Shown: in pieces, positions 1-9,434 of the stretch
Position numbering within the stretch: position 1 is the first letter of the stretch
Layout: each line of letters begins with the position of its first letter
Source: Parachlamydiales bacterium
GTDB lineage: Bacteria > Chlamydiota > Chlamydiia > Chlamydiales > JAJFMK01
Length of the DNA: 15,901 bases
Direction: 5' to 3'
NCBI GenBank assembly: GCA_963765145.1
Contig: CAVXVG010000032.1
Coordinates: forward strand, 1-15,901
The notes under the pieces: model-generated
Told to the model about the DNA's origin: nothing
The model's database searches: none
Seen by the model: the letters and a program-made list of their open reading frames with translations, nothing else
Translations under genes and position numbers: made by a program

Positions 1-553
1 TACGTGCACCTGCTACGAAGTTGTCAGCCCCGCTTAAAACTAAGTAACCACCAGCAATGCCAGCAACAGCAAAACCAACACCACCTGTTGCTATTCCTGC
101 GGTAATGACCCCTGCTCCAATCATAGCTTGGGTATATCCGCCATGCATACGCAAGCCACCCTGAAGATAAGGATTTCCTAAGATATCGAGCGCAGTTGAA
201 CCGAGAGCTTCATATGCATGTGAAGAAAAGCGACCGGATGGATCCCTGAAGTTGATGGGGTCGCCGTTGGCATAGGAATAGAGATCGAGGGGGAAGGGGT
301 AACCGATCGGGTCTGGTGAAAGGAACCGACCTACTTTTGGATCGTAGTGACGGGCGCCTAGATGGATGAGGCCGGTTGGGTCTTGGCGATTTCCTTGCCA
401 TGTGTGAGATTTGGCAAAGGAAAGAAGATTTTGTTCTAAGGAGGGCGGTGGGCCTGTAGGGCCATAAGATGAAGGAAGTTCTTCGATCCAGTGGATGTTG
501 TCTTTAGAGATGACCGCTGCAAGATTGCCTAGAGCATCATGGAAAAAGCTAGT
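1..553 (-). pseudogene. Orphan RHS C-terminal cassette (core end plus linker), lacking a start codon and truncated by the window edge
   Basis: The frame opens after TGA at 556-554 and stays open to position 1: TSFFHDALGNLAAVISKDNIHWIEELPSSYGPTG...GARHYDPKVGRFLSPDPIG...NGDPINFRDPSGRF...GADNFVAGAR. It is collinear with the RHS gene at an offset of 1669 nt. No in-frame ATG occurs before 148-146. Confidence 0.85.
4..546. repeat. Direct repeat, copy 1 (partner 1673..2215)
   Basis: Aligns without gaps at offset 1669. I count about 8 mismatches over 4-470; 475-546 is clearly more diverged. Confidence 0.95.
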
Positions 554-602
554 TCACTTCTAAAATCAAAAAAAGATATCCTGTACCATTCATTTTTAAC
601 CA

Positions 603-1172
603 TTATTTTACGATGGTTTCTATATCTTTTAGGTTCTTCACTTTTGTGTTTGTTATATTGTATTCTCTTAGCGCGTTGGTTACATTTTCATTAACAAGTA
701 TTCTAACAGTGCCTTCTGGAGAAAAAAAATCAGAGCCGTCCCAACTTTCTAAATTAAAGAAAATTCCCTTATAAAATTTGACTAATGGTCCAGTTGGAAT
801 TAATCTTTTTTCGATAATTTCAGATTTTTCACAAATGATGGGCCCACAATGTCCAATGACAGAAAATCCATGATAACCAACTATCTCTAGGCCTTTTTTA
901 TCATAAAGTTTGATGGGATATGTTTTCCAACCAGTCAATTTCTTTTCATTCAAAACTGACTTTAGCTTTTCAGAAATCAGGAAAAGATTCGCATATCCAG
1001 TATCCAAAATGTCTAACAAATTCATTCCAGAGTTTTGTTTAAATATAACAGGCATTTCAATGCCATTATAATTGCCTGTTATGAGTTCCAGATTGCCATC
1101 ATACGGTATATGAATTGGGCTTGAATGGAAGGTTGAACTAACAAGTTTGCTGCTAAAATCAAAAAAATCCAT
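603..1172 (-). CDS. Putative cognate immunity protein (Imm11/DUF1629-like)
   Basis: 189-aa AT-rich ORF directly behind the toxin tip. The AGGAG RBS overlaps the toxin stop (TAGGAG); start is ATG 1172 or TTG 1175. The pattern D-x5-ANLFLISEKLKSVL...LTGWKTYPIKLYDKKG...YHGF...DGSDFF...ILVNE resembles Imm11/DUF1629-type proteins (recognised by eye). Confidence 0.75.
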   Translation of the reverse strand: MDFFDFSSKLVSSTFHSSPIHIPYDGNLELITGNYNGIEMPVIFKQNSGMNLLDILDTGYANLFLISEKLKSVLNEKKLTGWKTYPIKLYDKKGLEIVGYHGFSVIGHCGPIICEKSEIIEKRLIPTGPLVKFYKGIFFNLESWDGSDFFSPEGTVRILVNENVTNALREYNITNTKVKNLKDIETIVK

Positions 1173-1187
1173 CAACGATTTGGGCTC

Positions 1188-4100
1188 CTAGAAATTTACT
1201 TGATTACCATAATTAGTCATAACTTTGTTTCCGTATTCCAAAATTTGCTCCTTGGTTGCCCTAGGATGATCAGCGAAAAACGCTCTCCAAATGTCATTAT
1301 ATTCCTTTGCACTTGCTCGGTGAGGAGCTCTTTCCCACCATGTAAGAAATTTTGGATCATCTATATTTATGCCTTTTTTTAGAAATTCATCCCGCATTGC
1401 TTGAGGAAAAACATGATGCGCTTCAATCTTGCTCGGCGGGTCCATTCCCGTCAATCGCTTGAGGTTTTCTCTGTAATGTCTTTCATTAAAAGGCTTAAAT
1501 GCTTTGTTAGCATTACTAGCAAAATTTTGTTCAACTTGAGGGAGGAGGTTTGATTTGGAAAAGCCAAGTGAGATCACTGTTTCTACACCACCCGCTTGTA
1601 GACTAGAAAGACCTTGCGATTGGAGGTATTGGCTAGTTAGAGAGTCTCTATATTCACCAGTGGCAATTTGTTGTGCACCTGCTACGAAGTTGTCAGCCCC
1701 GCTTAGAACTAAGTAACCACCAGCAATGCCAGCAACAGCAAAACCAACACCACCTGTTGCTATTCCTGCGGTAATGACCCCTGCTCCAATCATAGCTTGG
1801 GTATATCCGCCATGCATACGCAAGCCACCCTGAAGATAAGGATTTCCTAAGATATCGAGCGCAGTTGAACCGAGAGCTTCATATGCATGTGAAGAAAAGC
1901 GACCGGATGGATCCCTGAAGTTGATGGGGTCGCCATTGGCGTAGGAATAGAGATCGAGGGGGAAGGGGTAACCGATCGGGTCGGGTGAAAGGAACCGACC
2001 TACTTTTGGATCGTAGTGACGGGCGCCTAGATGGATGAGGCCGGTTGGGTCTTGGCGATTTCCTTGCCAAGCGTGGGATTTGGCAAAGGAAAGAAGATTT
2101 TGTTCTAAGAAGGGCGGTGGGCCTGTAGGGCCATAAGATGAAGGGAGCTCCTCGATCCAGTGAATGTTGTCTTGTGAAGCTAGGGCTTTTAGGTTTCCAA
2201 GGGCATCATTGAAAAGGGTGATGCCGTTTCCTTGGCTGTCTACGATGGCATCGCAAGAAGTCGGGCCATAAAGTTTCCAGAAAGTCTTGTCGTTGAGTTT
2301 GACACCAATCTCTTGAAACTCATATTCCGGGTCGAAAAGAGAGGTTATTTTTTCGGTTGTGTTCCAAAGTAACCCTTTTTTGGTAAAGGTCGTTTGGAGT
2401 CGACGGCCAAGGGGGTCGTAGGAAGCTTTCCAGATATAGTTTGGAGAAGAGATCGCACTGAGGTTTCCCCACGGGTCCCATTCGAGTTGTTCTTTGTTAT
2501 CTTTTGTTGTTCTTGAAAGAGTTTGTCCAACAGCATCGTAGATTGTGCTGCAAGTTTTACCTTGTAAAGTCTCGTTGAGTATCTTCCCAAAAGGATCTAA
2601 ACCAGAAGATAGGATGACATGCTCTCGGGCAAACGTCCGAACTCCCCTACCCTGTTTACCGAAATCAAATTCGTACCGGTCTTGGCCAGCAGATTTTAGG
2701 TAACCTCTCGTGGTGTAAGAGAAGGTTTTTTCTGAGTTGTTAGATTTGTATGAAGCAAGTCTACCTGATGGGGTCCAGCTGAGGGATTCTTGAAAGGTGT
2801 CGATTCCAAGAACAGTTTTTCTTGTTTCTGGAAGACCAGAAGGAGTGTAAGAGAAATCTGTCGAATAAAATGGAGTCCTCTTCTTGTCTAGTGCACCATT
2901 TAGGGCATATTCGTAAGAGAGGTCAAAACCTGAAGAGGAAAGCCTTTTGATTTGACCTGTTTCATAGTGAAACTCTCTATTATGATCCCCTATTTGGAGA
3001 GATCTTGAAGATGGGGTCCAAGTTTGGTTGGTCTGTTGTAAACGTTCTCCGTTGAGGTAGATGGCCTCTGAGACGAGATTTCCTGATTGGTTATAATCCC
3101 TTTTAACGACGGCATGATCTGCGCCTGATTGTTCGGCAGAAGTGAGAAAACCCCTTTGATCATAAGTGAATGTGCGGCTCATCTGATCGACCTGATCTGC
3201 AATTAATCTTAGGGCAGAGTCATAGGTGTAGTGGTGGACCCGACCAAGAGGATCCTTGGCTTGTTTAAGGAGGCCGTTTTCATATGTATATTCGTATTGT
3301 TGGGCTAATTGTCCGTTGGCCTGCAGGGCTTCACTTGTTTTCCTACCCATTAGATCGTAGGTCGCTTGCCAAGTGATGTTGCCAGGCAGATGGTAGGCAA
3401 CTAAATTGGAGCCTTCATCGTACGTGAACCTGATAGGTGTGCCATCCGGTAAGATTTGCTCTTTGGTGCGACCTAACTTATCAAACTCTCGGTGGGTTGT
3501 TCTTCCTTCTCCATCAATAGAGGCAATGCAGCGGCCAGCGTGGTCGTATTGATGGGTCGTAAAGAGATCTCCTTGCTGGATGAGAAGGGGTTGGCCTTCT
3601 GTATTTGTCCAGGTTGTTATGATGAGATCTCCTGATATCTCCTCCACTTTGCTCTGATCCGGATAGTAGTGAATCGTTTTGTGGAAGAGCAGATTTCCTT
3701 CAGCATTGATTGTTTTGGTTTCAACCAGTTGTCCTGCTACAAACCGCTGGATAGTTGTTTCCCCATTTGGAAGAGTAGATGAGACAGTATCTCCTTCATA
3801 GCTCCAGGTTTTTGTGTGTCCTTCAGGATCTGTTTCAGAAACAATTCTATTAAGAACGTCATAACTCTTTTCCCAAATGTATCCTCCGGCATCAGTGAAA
3901 GAGATGAGGTTACCTCGAACGTCGTAGATGCTTACTTCGGTGAAACCAGACTCTTTTTGAACCCTAGTAACAGTGTTTTTTGCATCGTCGTAAGTTGTTT
4001 CCCAAGTGATCCCATTCTTAGATTGCATGGTGGGTCTACCAAAATAGTCGTAAGCAAAGGCACTTTCTGTTCCATCAGGATAGATTTCTTTTTTGAGAAG

Positions 4101-6761
4101 GCCATTGGTTGTATAAAGACGACTCGTTTTTCCTCCATTAGGTGTAGTAATGGTTGCAACCATTCCACCAGCTTCGTAAGAAAACTCTGTGGTTAGATCA
4201 TCGGTTGTCTCTTTAGAAACTCTGCCAAGTTCATCGTACTCTCTGTAAGTCGAGACCCCCAGTGGATTGACCTCTTCGATCAGATGCCCACGTGTATCGT
4301 AATTGTAGAGCCTGTAAGCAAAGCCAGCAGGCACGAGGAAGTTCCCCTCCGTTGTTGTTAGTGATTGCATGGATGCTTTAAGCTGCCTATTGGCATTGTA
4401 ATCAAGCATGAGGGTGTTTTGGGGGTCTGGGCCTTGTTGCCAGGCCAGATGATTGTCGTGAGTGTAACCGGCAGTGACCGTCGATAGAACATTTTCTTCT
4501 AAATCCAAAATGGAACGTTGCAATCGATTGCCCATGTTGTCAAAGATGCTGCGCTCAATTCCACTTTGTGTTCTTTTTTCTACACATTGTCCCTGATCAT
4601 TATAACTGTATTTTGTGACTACCTGACGGTTATCCATACCGGTCTCTTGCGCGATCTCAATAGGGAAACCTCGTTTATCATAGGTCCAATGTGTGACCGC
4701 GCCTGAACGATTTTCTTCTTGGAGCAACCCGTTAGTGTACTTAAATTCAACAAATGCAAGGGATGTTTGATCGATAAAAGTCTCAATTCTTTTAGGGAGA
4801 AAAGGAAATTGATCGTCGTAGAGAGTTGTCGTGATCTTGTTGAGGGCCTTTTCTTCGACTGGGAGATTAAACTCGTTATAAGAAAAGTGCTTAGTGATCT
4901 TCTGATCACCAAGTCCGGTCAGATCTTCACCTATGAGGGAGATTTCAATGGGATTGCCATTGCTGTCGTAGCTATATTCAGTGACTAATCCCCGTTTATC
5001 TTGAGTGGATCTTAGACTGCGGCCATATCCCCCTATTTGCTCGAAGGGAACAACACATCCTTTTTCAGGGTCGAAGTAAGAATTTGCATTGATGAACCAA
5101 GACTGGAGGGTGATGTAGCCTTGGGGATCGGTAATTCTGTAGATCTGTTTCCCGAAAAGTTTGTACTCGGTAGAAGCTCCGCTTGCATCTGTCGCTAGGG
5201 TAGAACCATCTCCGTACATGAAGGTGGCGCTAGCTACCATTTCTTGTTGAGGACCTGTAGGGGACTGTTGTTCGATGACTCTTCCCTTTTCGTCGTAAGT
5301 GTTTTTTAATACTTTGCCGTTTGGACGAATTTCTTGGATGATTTGATGGGAAGTGTCGTAGACATATTCGATCTCTGCGCCATTTGGTAAAATAACCTTA
5401 CACAAGTCGCCAAGAGAGTTGTAAAGGTAATATATTCGACGACTATCTTTTGAATAGGCCTCTGTTAGTTTCCCTTCAAAATCATAGCAAAACCCAATGT
5501 AACTTCCGTTTGAGCTCTCTATCTCTTTGAGCTGTTCGCCAACGTAGGAAAAGTTAAGGGTATGACCTGCCGGGTTTATCCACTCTTTGAGGAGATGGTT
5601 TTCGAATCGCCGTTTAGATCCGTCAGATCCAAAAAGAAGATGGCTTCCTTGATCCTCTACAATGTAGGCATGGAATGGATTAGCCACACTTCCGATTCCC
5701 TTTTGATTAGAGTTGTAAAGTTCTGGGTTATCTTCAGGAAAGACTCTCCATCTTGCACTCGACTCATCTCGTCTGTAGACAATCACAGATCCATCTTCTT
5801 CCGCTGCGTAAAGTTTGTCTTCTTCTTCATGAAGGTAAGGATTCAGACTCAATTTCCAACGCGGACCTAGGAAAGTGAATGTAGAATTTTGATTACTGTA
5901 ATTACGTCTGATTTCCAGCGGGAACGGTCCGGGAATAGTGAGGTCAACCTCGTCAATGTAAAAAGCGCCAGTCACGATATCAACAGGGTCGGCAACAGTG
6001 TTTAATGAAGTTTTAAAAAGTTGCCTGACGTCGGCAGTCCATTTGGTGACCCACATGGTTGGGGTCATTTTGGGTTGCAGATTTTGGACTTGATGTTCAA
6101 TCGATATGGAAGAGGGTTTATTCAACCAGTCTGCAATCACCTCATGATTGACTTTTGTAGAATAGAGGTTCCACTTGACCCGATCGAAGGCATTGAGGTC
6201 TTTTAGCAAAAGACCTGATCCATACCCTCCATTTGTATCGCCCATGGAGTCTGAAATCATAGCTAGTGTCTCATGGGAGTTAAAAATGAGTGTCCCAAAT
6301 CCTGTATAGGAGGGTGAATGGGTGGTTGGGTCGATTGCGTTAGAAATAGGAACAGGTGTCATGAAAGCAATAGAATGATCGTCAGCTGCTAACGAGTGCC
6401 CTGCTGTTATCCATTGCTGTCTCCCCTTAGTAAAAATCCTTTCGAAGCTGAAGTCGGGTAGATGAGGAAAATTTAAAAACTTTGAAACAAAAGGGTCTTT
6501 CTCAGCAACAGATTGCGTTCTTTCTGTTAAAGCTAAAAATCCTGAGCCTTCCCTCCCCTTCTCCTGATGGCCTTTGTGGGCAATTTTTAAAAGTTTGATC
6601 GTAGAGATGGCATTTTGATCTTTAAAGACATCTTGAATCACTTGATGTTCATTTGAGGAATAGTCTGCACAAGTTAAGATGAGATAATCTGCCAAACGGA
6701 GATGATAGCTCTCATCAACTGTTAAGAACAAATCAATATTACAGTGGATGTAAAAAGCCAT
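1188..6761 (-). CDS. rhs: RHS/YD-repeat polymorphic toxin: DUF6531 + RHS repeats + RHS core + C-terminal HH-motif nuclease (DUF2380/AHH-like); C-terminal part of a larger frameshifted gene
   Basis: DUF6531-type motif VADPVDIVTGAFYIDEVDLTIPGPFPLEIRRNYS; many YDxxGR repeats; core GARHYDPKVGRFLSPDPIG...YSYANGDPINFRDPSGR (DPSG at 1913-1902); tip EAHHVFPQ...GINIDDP...HR...YNDIWRAFF...ATKEQI. The frame is open upstream to 6824. Confidence 0.93.
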   Translation of the reverse strand: MAFYIHCNIDLFLTVDESYHLRLADYLILTCADYSSNEHQVIQDVFKDQNAISTIKLLKIAHKGHQEKGREGSGFLALTERTQSVAEKDPFVSKFLNFPHLPDFSFERIFTKGRQQWITAGHSLAADDHSIAFMTPVPISNAIDPTTHSPSYTGFGTLIFNSHETLAMISDSMGDTNGGYGSGLLLKDLNAFDRVKWNLYSTKVNHEVIADWLNKPSSISIEHQVQNLQPKMTPTMWVTKWTADVRQLFKTSLNTVADPVDIVTGAFYIDEVDLTIPGPFPLEIRRNYSNQNSTFTFLGPRWKLSLNPYLHEEEDKLYAAEEDGSVIVYRRDESSARWRVFPEDNPELYNSNQKGIGSVANPFHAYIVEDQGSHLLFGSDGSKRRFENHLLKEWINPAGHTLNFSYVGEQLKEIESSNGSYIGFCYDFEGKLTEAYSKDSRRIYYLYNSLGDLCKVILPNGAEIEYVYDTSHQIIQEIRPNGKVLKNTYDEKGRVIEQQSPTGPQQEMVASATFMYGDGSTLATDASGASTEYKLFGKQIYRITDPQGYITLQSWFINANSYFDPEKGCVVPFEQIGGYGRSLRSTQDKRGLVTEYSYDSNGNPIEISLIGEDLTGLGDQKITKHFSYNEFNLPVEEKALNKITTTLYDDQFPFLPKRIETFIDQTSLAFVEFKYTNGLLQEENRSGAVTHWTYDKRGFPIEIAQETGMDNRQVVTKYSYNDQGQCVEKRTQSGIERSIFDNMGNRLQRSILDLEENVLSTVTAGYTHDNHLAWQQGPDPQNTLMLDYNANRQLKASMQSLTTTEGNFLVPAGFAYRLYNYDTRGHLIEEVNPLGVSTYREYDELGRVSKETTDDLTTEFSYEAGGMVATITTPNGGKTSRLYTTNGLLKKEIYPDGTESAFAYDYFGRPTMQSKNGITWETTYDDAKNTVTRVQKESGFTEVSIYDVRGNLISFTDAGGYIWEKSYDVLNRIVSETDPEGHTKTWSYEGDTVSSTLPNGETTIQRFVAGQLVETKTINAEGNLLFHKTIHYYPDQSKVEEISGDLIITTWTNTEGQPLLIQQGDLFTTHQYDHAGRCIASIDGEGRTTHREFDKLGRTKEQILPDGTPIRFTYDEGSNLVAYHLPGNITWQATYDLMGRKTSEALQANGQLAQQYEYTYENGLLKQAKDPLGRVHHYTYDSALRLIADQVDQMSRTFTYDQRGFLTSAEQSGADHAVVKRDYNQSGNLVSEAIYLNGERLQQTNQTWTPSSRSLQIGDHNREFHYETGQIKRLSSSGFDLSYEYALNGALDKKRTPFYSTDFSYTPSGLPETRKTVLGIDTFQESLSWTPSGRLASYKSNNSEKTFSYTTRGYLKSAGQDRYEFDFGKQGRGVRTFAREHVILSSGLDPFGKILNETLQGKTCSTIYDAVGQTLSRTTKDNKEQLEWDPWGNLSAISSPNYIWKASYDPLGRRLQTTFTKKGLLWNTTEKITSLFDPEYEFQEIGVKLNDKTFWKLYGPTSCDAIVDSQGNGITLFNDALGNLKALASQDNIHWIEELPSSYGPTGPPPFLEQNLLSFAKSHAWQGNRQDPTGLIHLGARHYDPKVGRFLSPDPIGYPFPLDLYSYANGDPINFRDPSGRFSSHAYEALGSTALDILGNPYLQGGLRMHGGYTQAMIGAGVITAGIATGGVGFAVAGIAGGYLVLSGADNFVAGAQQIATGEYRDSLTSQYLQSQGLSSLQAGGVETVISLGFSKSNLLPQVEQNFASNANKAFKPFNERHYRENLKRLTGMDPPSKIEAHHVFPQAMRDEFLKKGINIDDPKFLTWWERAPHRASAKEYNDIWRAFFADHPRATKEQILEYGNKVMTNYGNQVNF
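1673..2215. repeat. Direct repeat, copy 2 (inside the RHS gene; partner 4..546)
   Basis: Covers the last RHS repeat region, the core and about 75 codons past DPSG. Confidence 0.95.
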
Positions 6762-8427
6762 GTCGACTTGAGGAAATTTTATTTCCAGCTCTGTATCCAG
6801 CTGTTTTAATCGAGTTCCCTGAAGTCAATTTTGCTAGGCCAACACTAAAGTAGTAAGGATTGGCAAGCTTATGAAGGATAGCAAGTTGCGTTTGAGCACG
6901 GTTGCATTTTTCAAAGTAAAGGGCTCCGGTAAAAGCGAGCAGACTATGCAGATTTTCTTCAGCTTCGTTCTTATTTAGGCAAGGCCGCGCAAATAGAGAG
7001 GTGGTTTTTGGAGAAGTATTCCCAAAACTAAAGCAAAGAGCGGCTTTTGTCCCTTTTGCAACAGAGAAGTTTCTTGTCCATTTTACCTCTTTTTGTTGGT
7101 AGGACAACTGAATGTCTAACGTGAGATCGTTTTGGTCTAGGAGGTAATCAAAGTCGGTTCGTTTTTGAGCAGTGGATGAGGTGATTTTTTCATTATTCCA
7201 TCCATCCATTAGATAAAATGACATCAATTGATGATGGTCATCGCCTTTAAAATCGAGAGCAAAAAAACGACCATTCAGAAAGGGTAGAGAAACCTGTTTT
7301 TTTGATCTTTTCCCAGGGTTTTCTCTTGAAGCTATTTCGATATCTAAAGTGGCATATAGTTGCGGAGGCAGACTTTCAAAAACGTTGTAATTTTCAAATT
7401 CGGGTCTTGGGAATTCTTCCCAAGAGGTGAATTGTTGTTTAATTAGAGTCCGGTGGCAGCCAACATCTTGAATAGACAGTCCTTGTGTCTGTAGTTGTTC
7501 ATTTGCAAAACGACTAAAAAGAACACCGACAGTATCGTCTTTATCAAGTCCTATATGTTTGGAAATCTCTTCGTCAGCCGTGAGGTATCGTTGAATCCAC
7601 TTATTAGCACTTGAATAAGCATCTGGCATCAAATGATAGAGATCATGCCCTTCCGCCACTTGGACATTTTTCATCCAAGGAAATAGAGAGATCCATTTAT
7701 TTTGATCTAACTCGAGCAAAACAAAAGGGTAGTTAAGAACAACCTCTTTTTCCGCTGGCAATTTTGTAAAAAACAACCTTTCAATGTAATCCACAGGCAA
7801 GGTACAGCTTGTTTGGGCGTACGTAGCTTTAAAACCTGCCTCTTCTAGAAGATAGATGAGCAAAGCGCATTGTTCCCACGCGCTTCCTTCTCCTTCCAAA
7901 AAGGTTCCCAGTGCGCTCCTGTGCAAGAGTGGAGCCTCAAAGACTTTATCTTGTGTTCTGAATATAAAAGGATCGGCAAGGTCGATCTCATTTTGCACAT
8001 ACTGCGCGATTGCTAGAGGGTCCTTTTTTAGCTCTACTACGAGCTGATTTAAAAGAGGGTGAGGGATCAATTCATCCCCTTTCTCTAACCGAAGAGATCC
8101 TTGAGGAGGTGCACATGTCGGTGGCGATTGACTGAAGGGTCTGGGTTTGAAAGTAGGTAACCCTGGTTTTTTGAGAACCTCAAGTTGCCAAGGAGGAGGA
8201 GCATTTAAACCAAAGGCATATATTGGTTGATTTTCAAGGCAGATGGAAAACTGATAAGGCGAATCTCCTTTGATTGCTAAGACGAACTCGAATTCAGAGA
8301 GAATTTTTACCCGTAGGTCAAGCCCATAGCTCTTACTTAGCTCTGTTTTTGGTATATAGACATTCCCATCTTCAATAAGATAAGTATCCCATGCTGGGCT
8401 TCCTTTTTGGGAAGAGAGATAATTTCT
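6739..8427 (-). CDS. Transglutaminase-like domain segment of the giant RHS gene (catalytic residues apparently lost)
   Basis: The listed ORF 6739..8070 is actually open back to 8427 (GSPAWDTYLIEDGNVYIPKTELSKSYGLDLRVKIL...). Motif AIAQYVQNEI...RSALGTFLEGEGSAWEQCALLIYLLEEAGFKATYA matches the transglutaminase-like G-x-C-x-D/E-x-A-x-LL-x-x-LLR-x-x-G-I-P-A-R-Y pattern with Ala at the usual Cys position. Confidence 0.7.
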   Translation of the reverse strand, partial: RNYLSSQKGSPAWDTYLIEDGNVYIPKTELSKSYGLDLRVKILSEFEFVLAIKGDSPYQFSICLENQPIYAFGLNAPPPWQLEVLKKPGLPTFKPRPFSQSPPTCAPPQGSLRLEKGDELIPHPLLNQLVVELKKDPLAIAQYVQNEIDLADPFIFRTQDKVFEAPLLHRSALGTFLEGEGSAWEQCALLIYLLEEAGFKATYAQTSCTLPVDYIERLFFTKLPAEKEVVLNYPFVLLELDQNKWISLFPWMKNVQVAEGHDLYHLMPDAYSSANKWIQRYLTADEEISKHIGLDKDDTVGVLFSRFANEQLQTQGLSIQDVGCHRTLIKQQFTSWEEFPRPEFENYNVFESLPPQLYATLDIEIASRENPGKRSKKQVSLPFLNGRFFALDFKGDDHHQLMSFYLMDGWNNEKITSSTAQKRTDFDYLLDQNDLTLDIQLSYQQKEVKWTRNFSVAKGTKAALCFSFGNTSPKTTSLFARPCLNKNEAEENLHSLLAFTGALYFEKCNRAQTQLAILHKLANPYYFSVGLAKLTSGNSIKTAGYRAGNKISSSRHGFLHPL

Positions 8428-9434
8428 TCATGGATAGCATTTCCATCCTCGTAAACTTTGACTTTGAAATCTGTTGGAGGAGGGACTCCTACCAACACTC
8501 TGTAGAATTGTCCCAAATAGTGAGTATATCTGTCTTCAAGAAGGTATTGTCCATCCAGAGGGATAGCAAATGGACCTGGCTTGAACAGCCTATCTATCAA
8601 GAAAGTTAACTGGTTGGATTTATCAGGAAGTGAGGGAAGATGTAGATAAAAGTGTTCTTTCCGCGTCTGTTCTTTCTTGTAGAAATCCTCGGGAAAAGGT
8701 CTTGTTTCTCCTTGAGTATTTTGCTGTTGAGAAAGTGTAAGTTGTTTTTCTAAGGCGAAGAGCTCATTTTCATCTGCTGCGTCTACATCTACAAGTTCTT
8801 GTAGAATCGCTACCATTTGCTTTTGAGCACGCTCTCCACTTTCTTCTTTCTTCAAGAAGGCTAGCTGCTCCTTTAGGGCTAGAATTTGTGACTGTTTCCT
8901 TACAGGCCATTCCTCAGCTTGTTTTGTGCATTTCGCTGCTAAGTCTCTACAATCGGTAGCTTGCTTTGTAAAAAACCGCTTGTTTTCTAGTGCATCAGGA
9001 GTTGAATAGGGGTTAAATAAGGAGATAGCATTTTTATATCCCTCCTCTGCCTCTATGTATAGCTTTGCCGCTTCGTTAAAATAATGGATTGATGTTTCAA
9101 TTTCTTTGAGATGATTAGGGAAAGAATATTGGGAGACATAGGAGGCTGCCTGGTTCTTCTTTTCTTCACAAGCAAACATGATCAATTTTGTCTTTTCAAA
9201 GGCTTCAAAAAAGCCGATGTGATGTTCAAGGTTACGAATATCAGCTTGGTAGTTCTCTATTGTCTTGATGATCCCAGATCGAAATTCAGCTAAAGACCGC
9301 CGGTAGGCTTCGTTTCCAACAATCTTGGTTTTTTCTAAAACTATTGCATGGCAAGCAATAGCTTTTTGCAATCGATCGCCCGCGTCTTTTAAAAGCTCGA
9401 TCAGACTGAAGTCCACTTTTGGTCTTAGCAATAT
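8337..9434 (-). CDS. Alpha-helical (TPR/coiled-coil-like) segment of the giant RHS gene
   Basis: Long open frame rich in Ala/Glu/Lys helices (HYFNEAAKLYIEAEEGYKNAISLF; QILALKEQLAFLKKEE). It has no good start or RBS and overlaps the neighbouring frames at both ends. Confidence 0.65.
   Translation of the reverse strand: MLLRPKVDFSLIELLKDAGDRLQKAIACHAIVLEKTKIVGNEAYRRSLAEFRSGIIKTIENYQADIRNLEHHIGFFEAFEKTKLIMFACEEKKNQAASYVSQYSFPNHLKEIETSIHYFNEAAKLYIEAEEGYKNAISLFNPYSTPDALENKRFFTKQATDCRDLAAKCTKQAEEWPVRKQSQILALKEQLAFLKKEESGERAQKQMVAILQELVDVDAADENELFALEKQLTLSQQQNTQGETRPFPEDFYKKEQTRKEHFYLHLPSLPDKSNQLTFLIDRLFKPGPFAIPLDGQYLLEDRYTHYLGQFYRVLVGVPPPTDFKVKVYEDGNAIHEEIISLPKKEAQHGILILLKMGMSIYQKQS

Noticed and set aside
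210..401. 63-aa ORF MARKSPRPNRPH..., repeated at 1879..2070
   Set aside because: Alternative frame of the RHS core DNA; it appears twice only because the DNA is duplicated.
1200..6206. Short + strand and alternate-frame ORFs inside the RHS gene (e.g. 3816..4196, 4719..4988, 5562..5870)
   Set aside because: Shadow ORFs of a long, motif-rich coding frame, with no recognisable features.
8400..8412. Programmed -1 frameshift at CCC AAA AAG
   Set aside because: Not a full X XXY YYZ heptamer in frame, no clear stimulator seen, and the other slips in the same gene are +1; a homopolymer indel is simpler.
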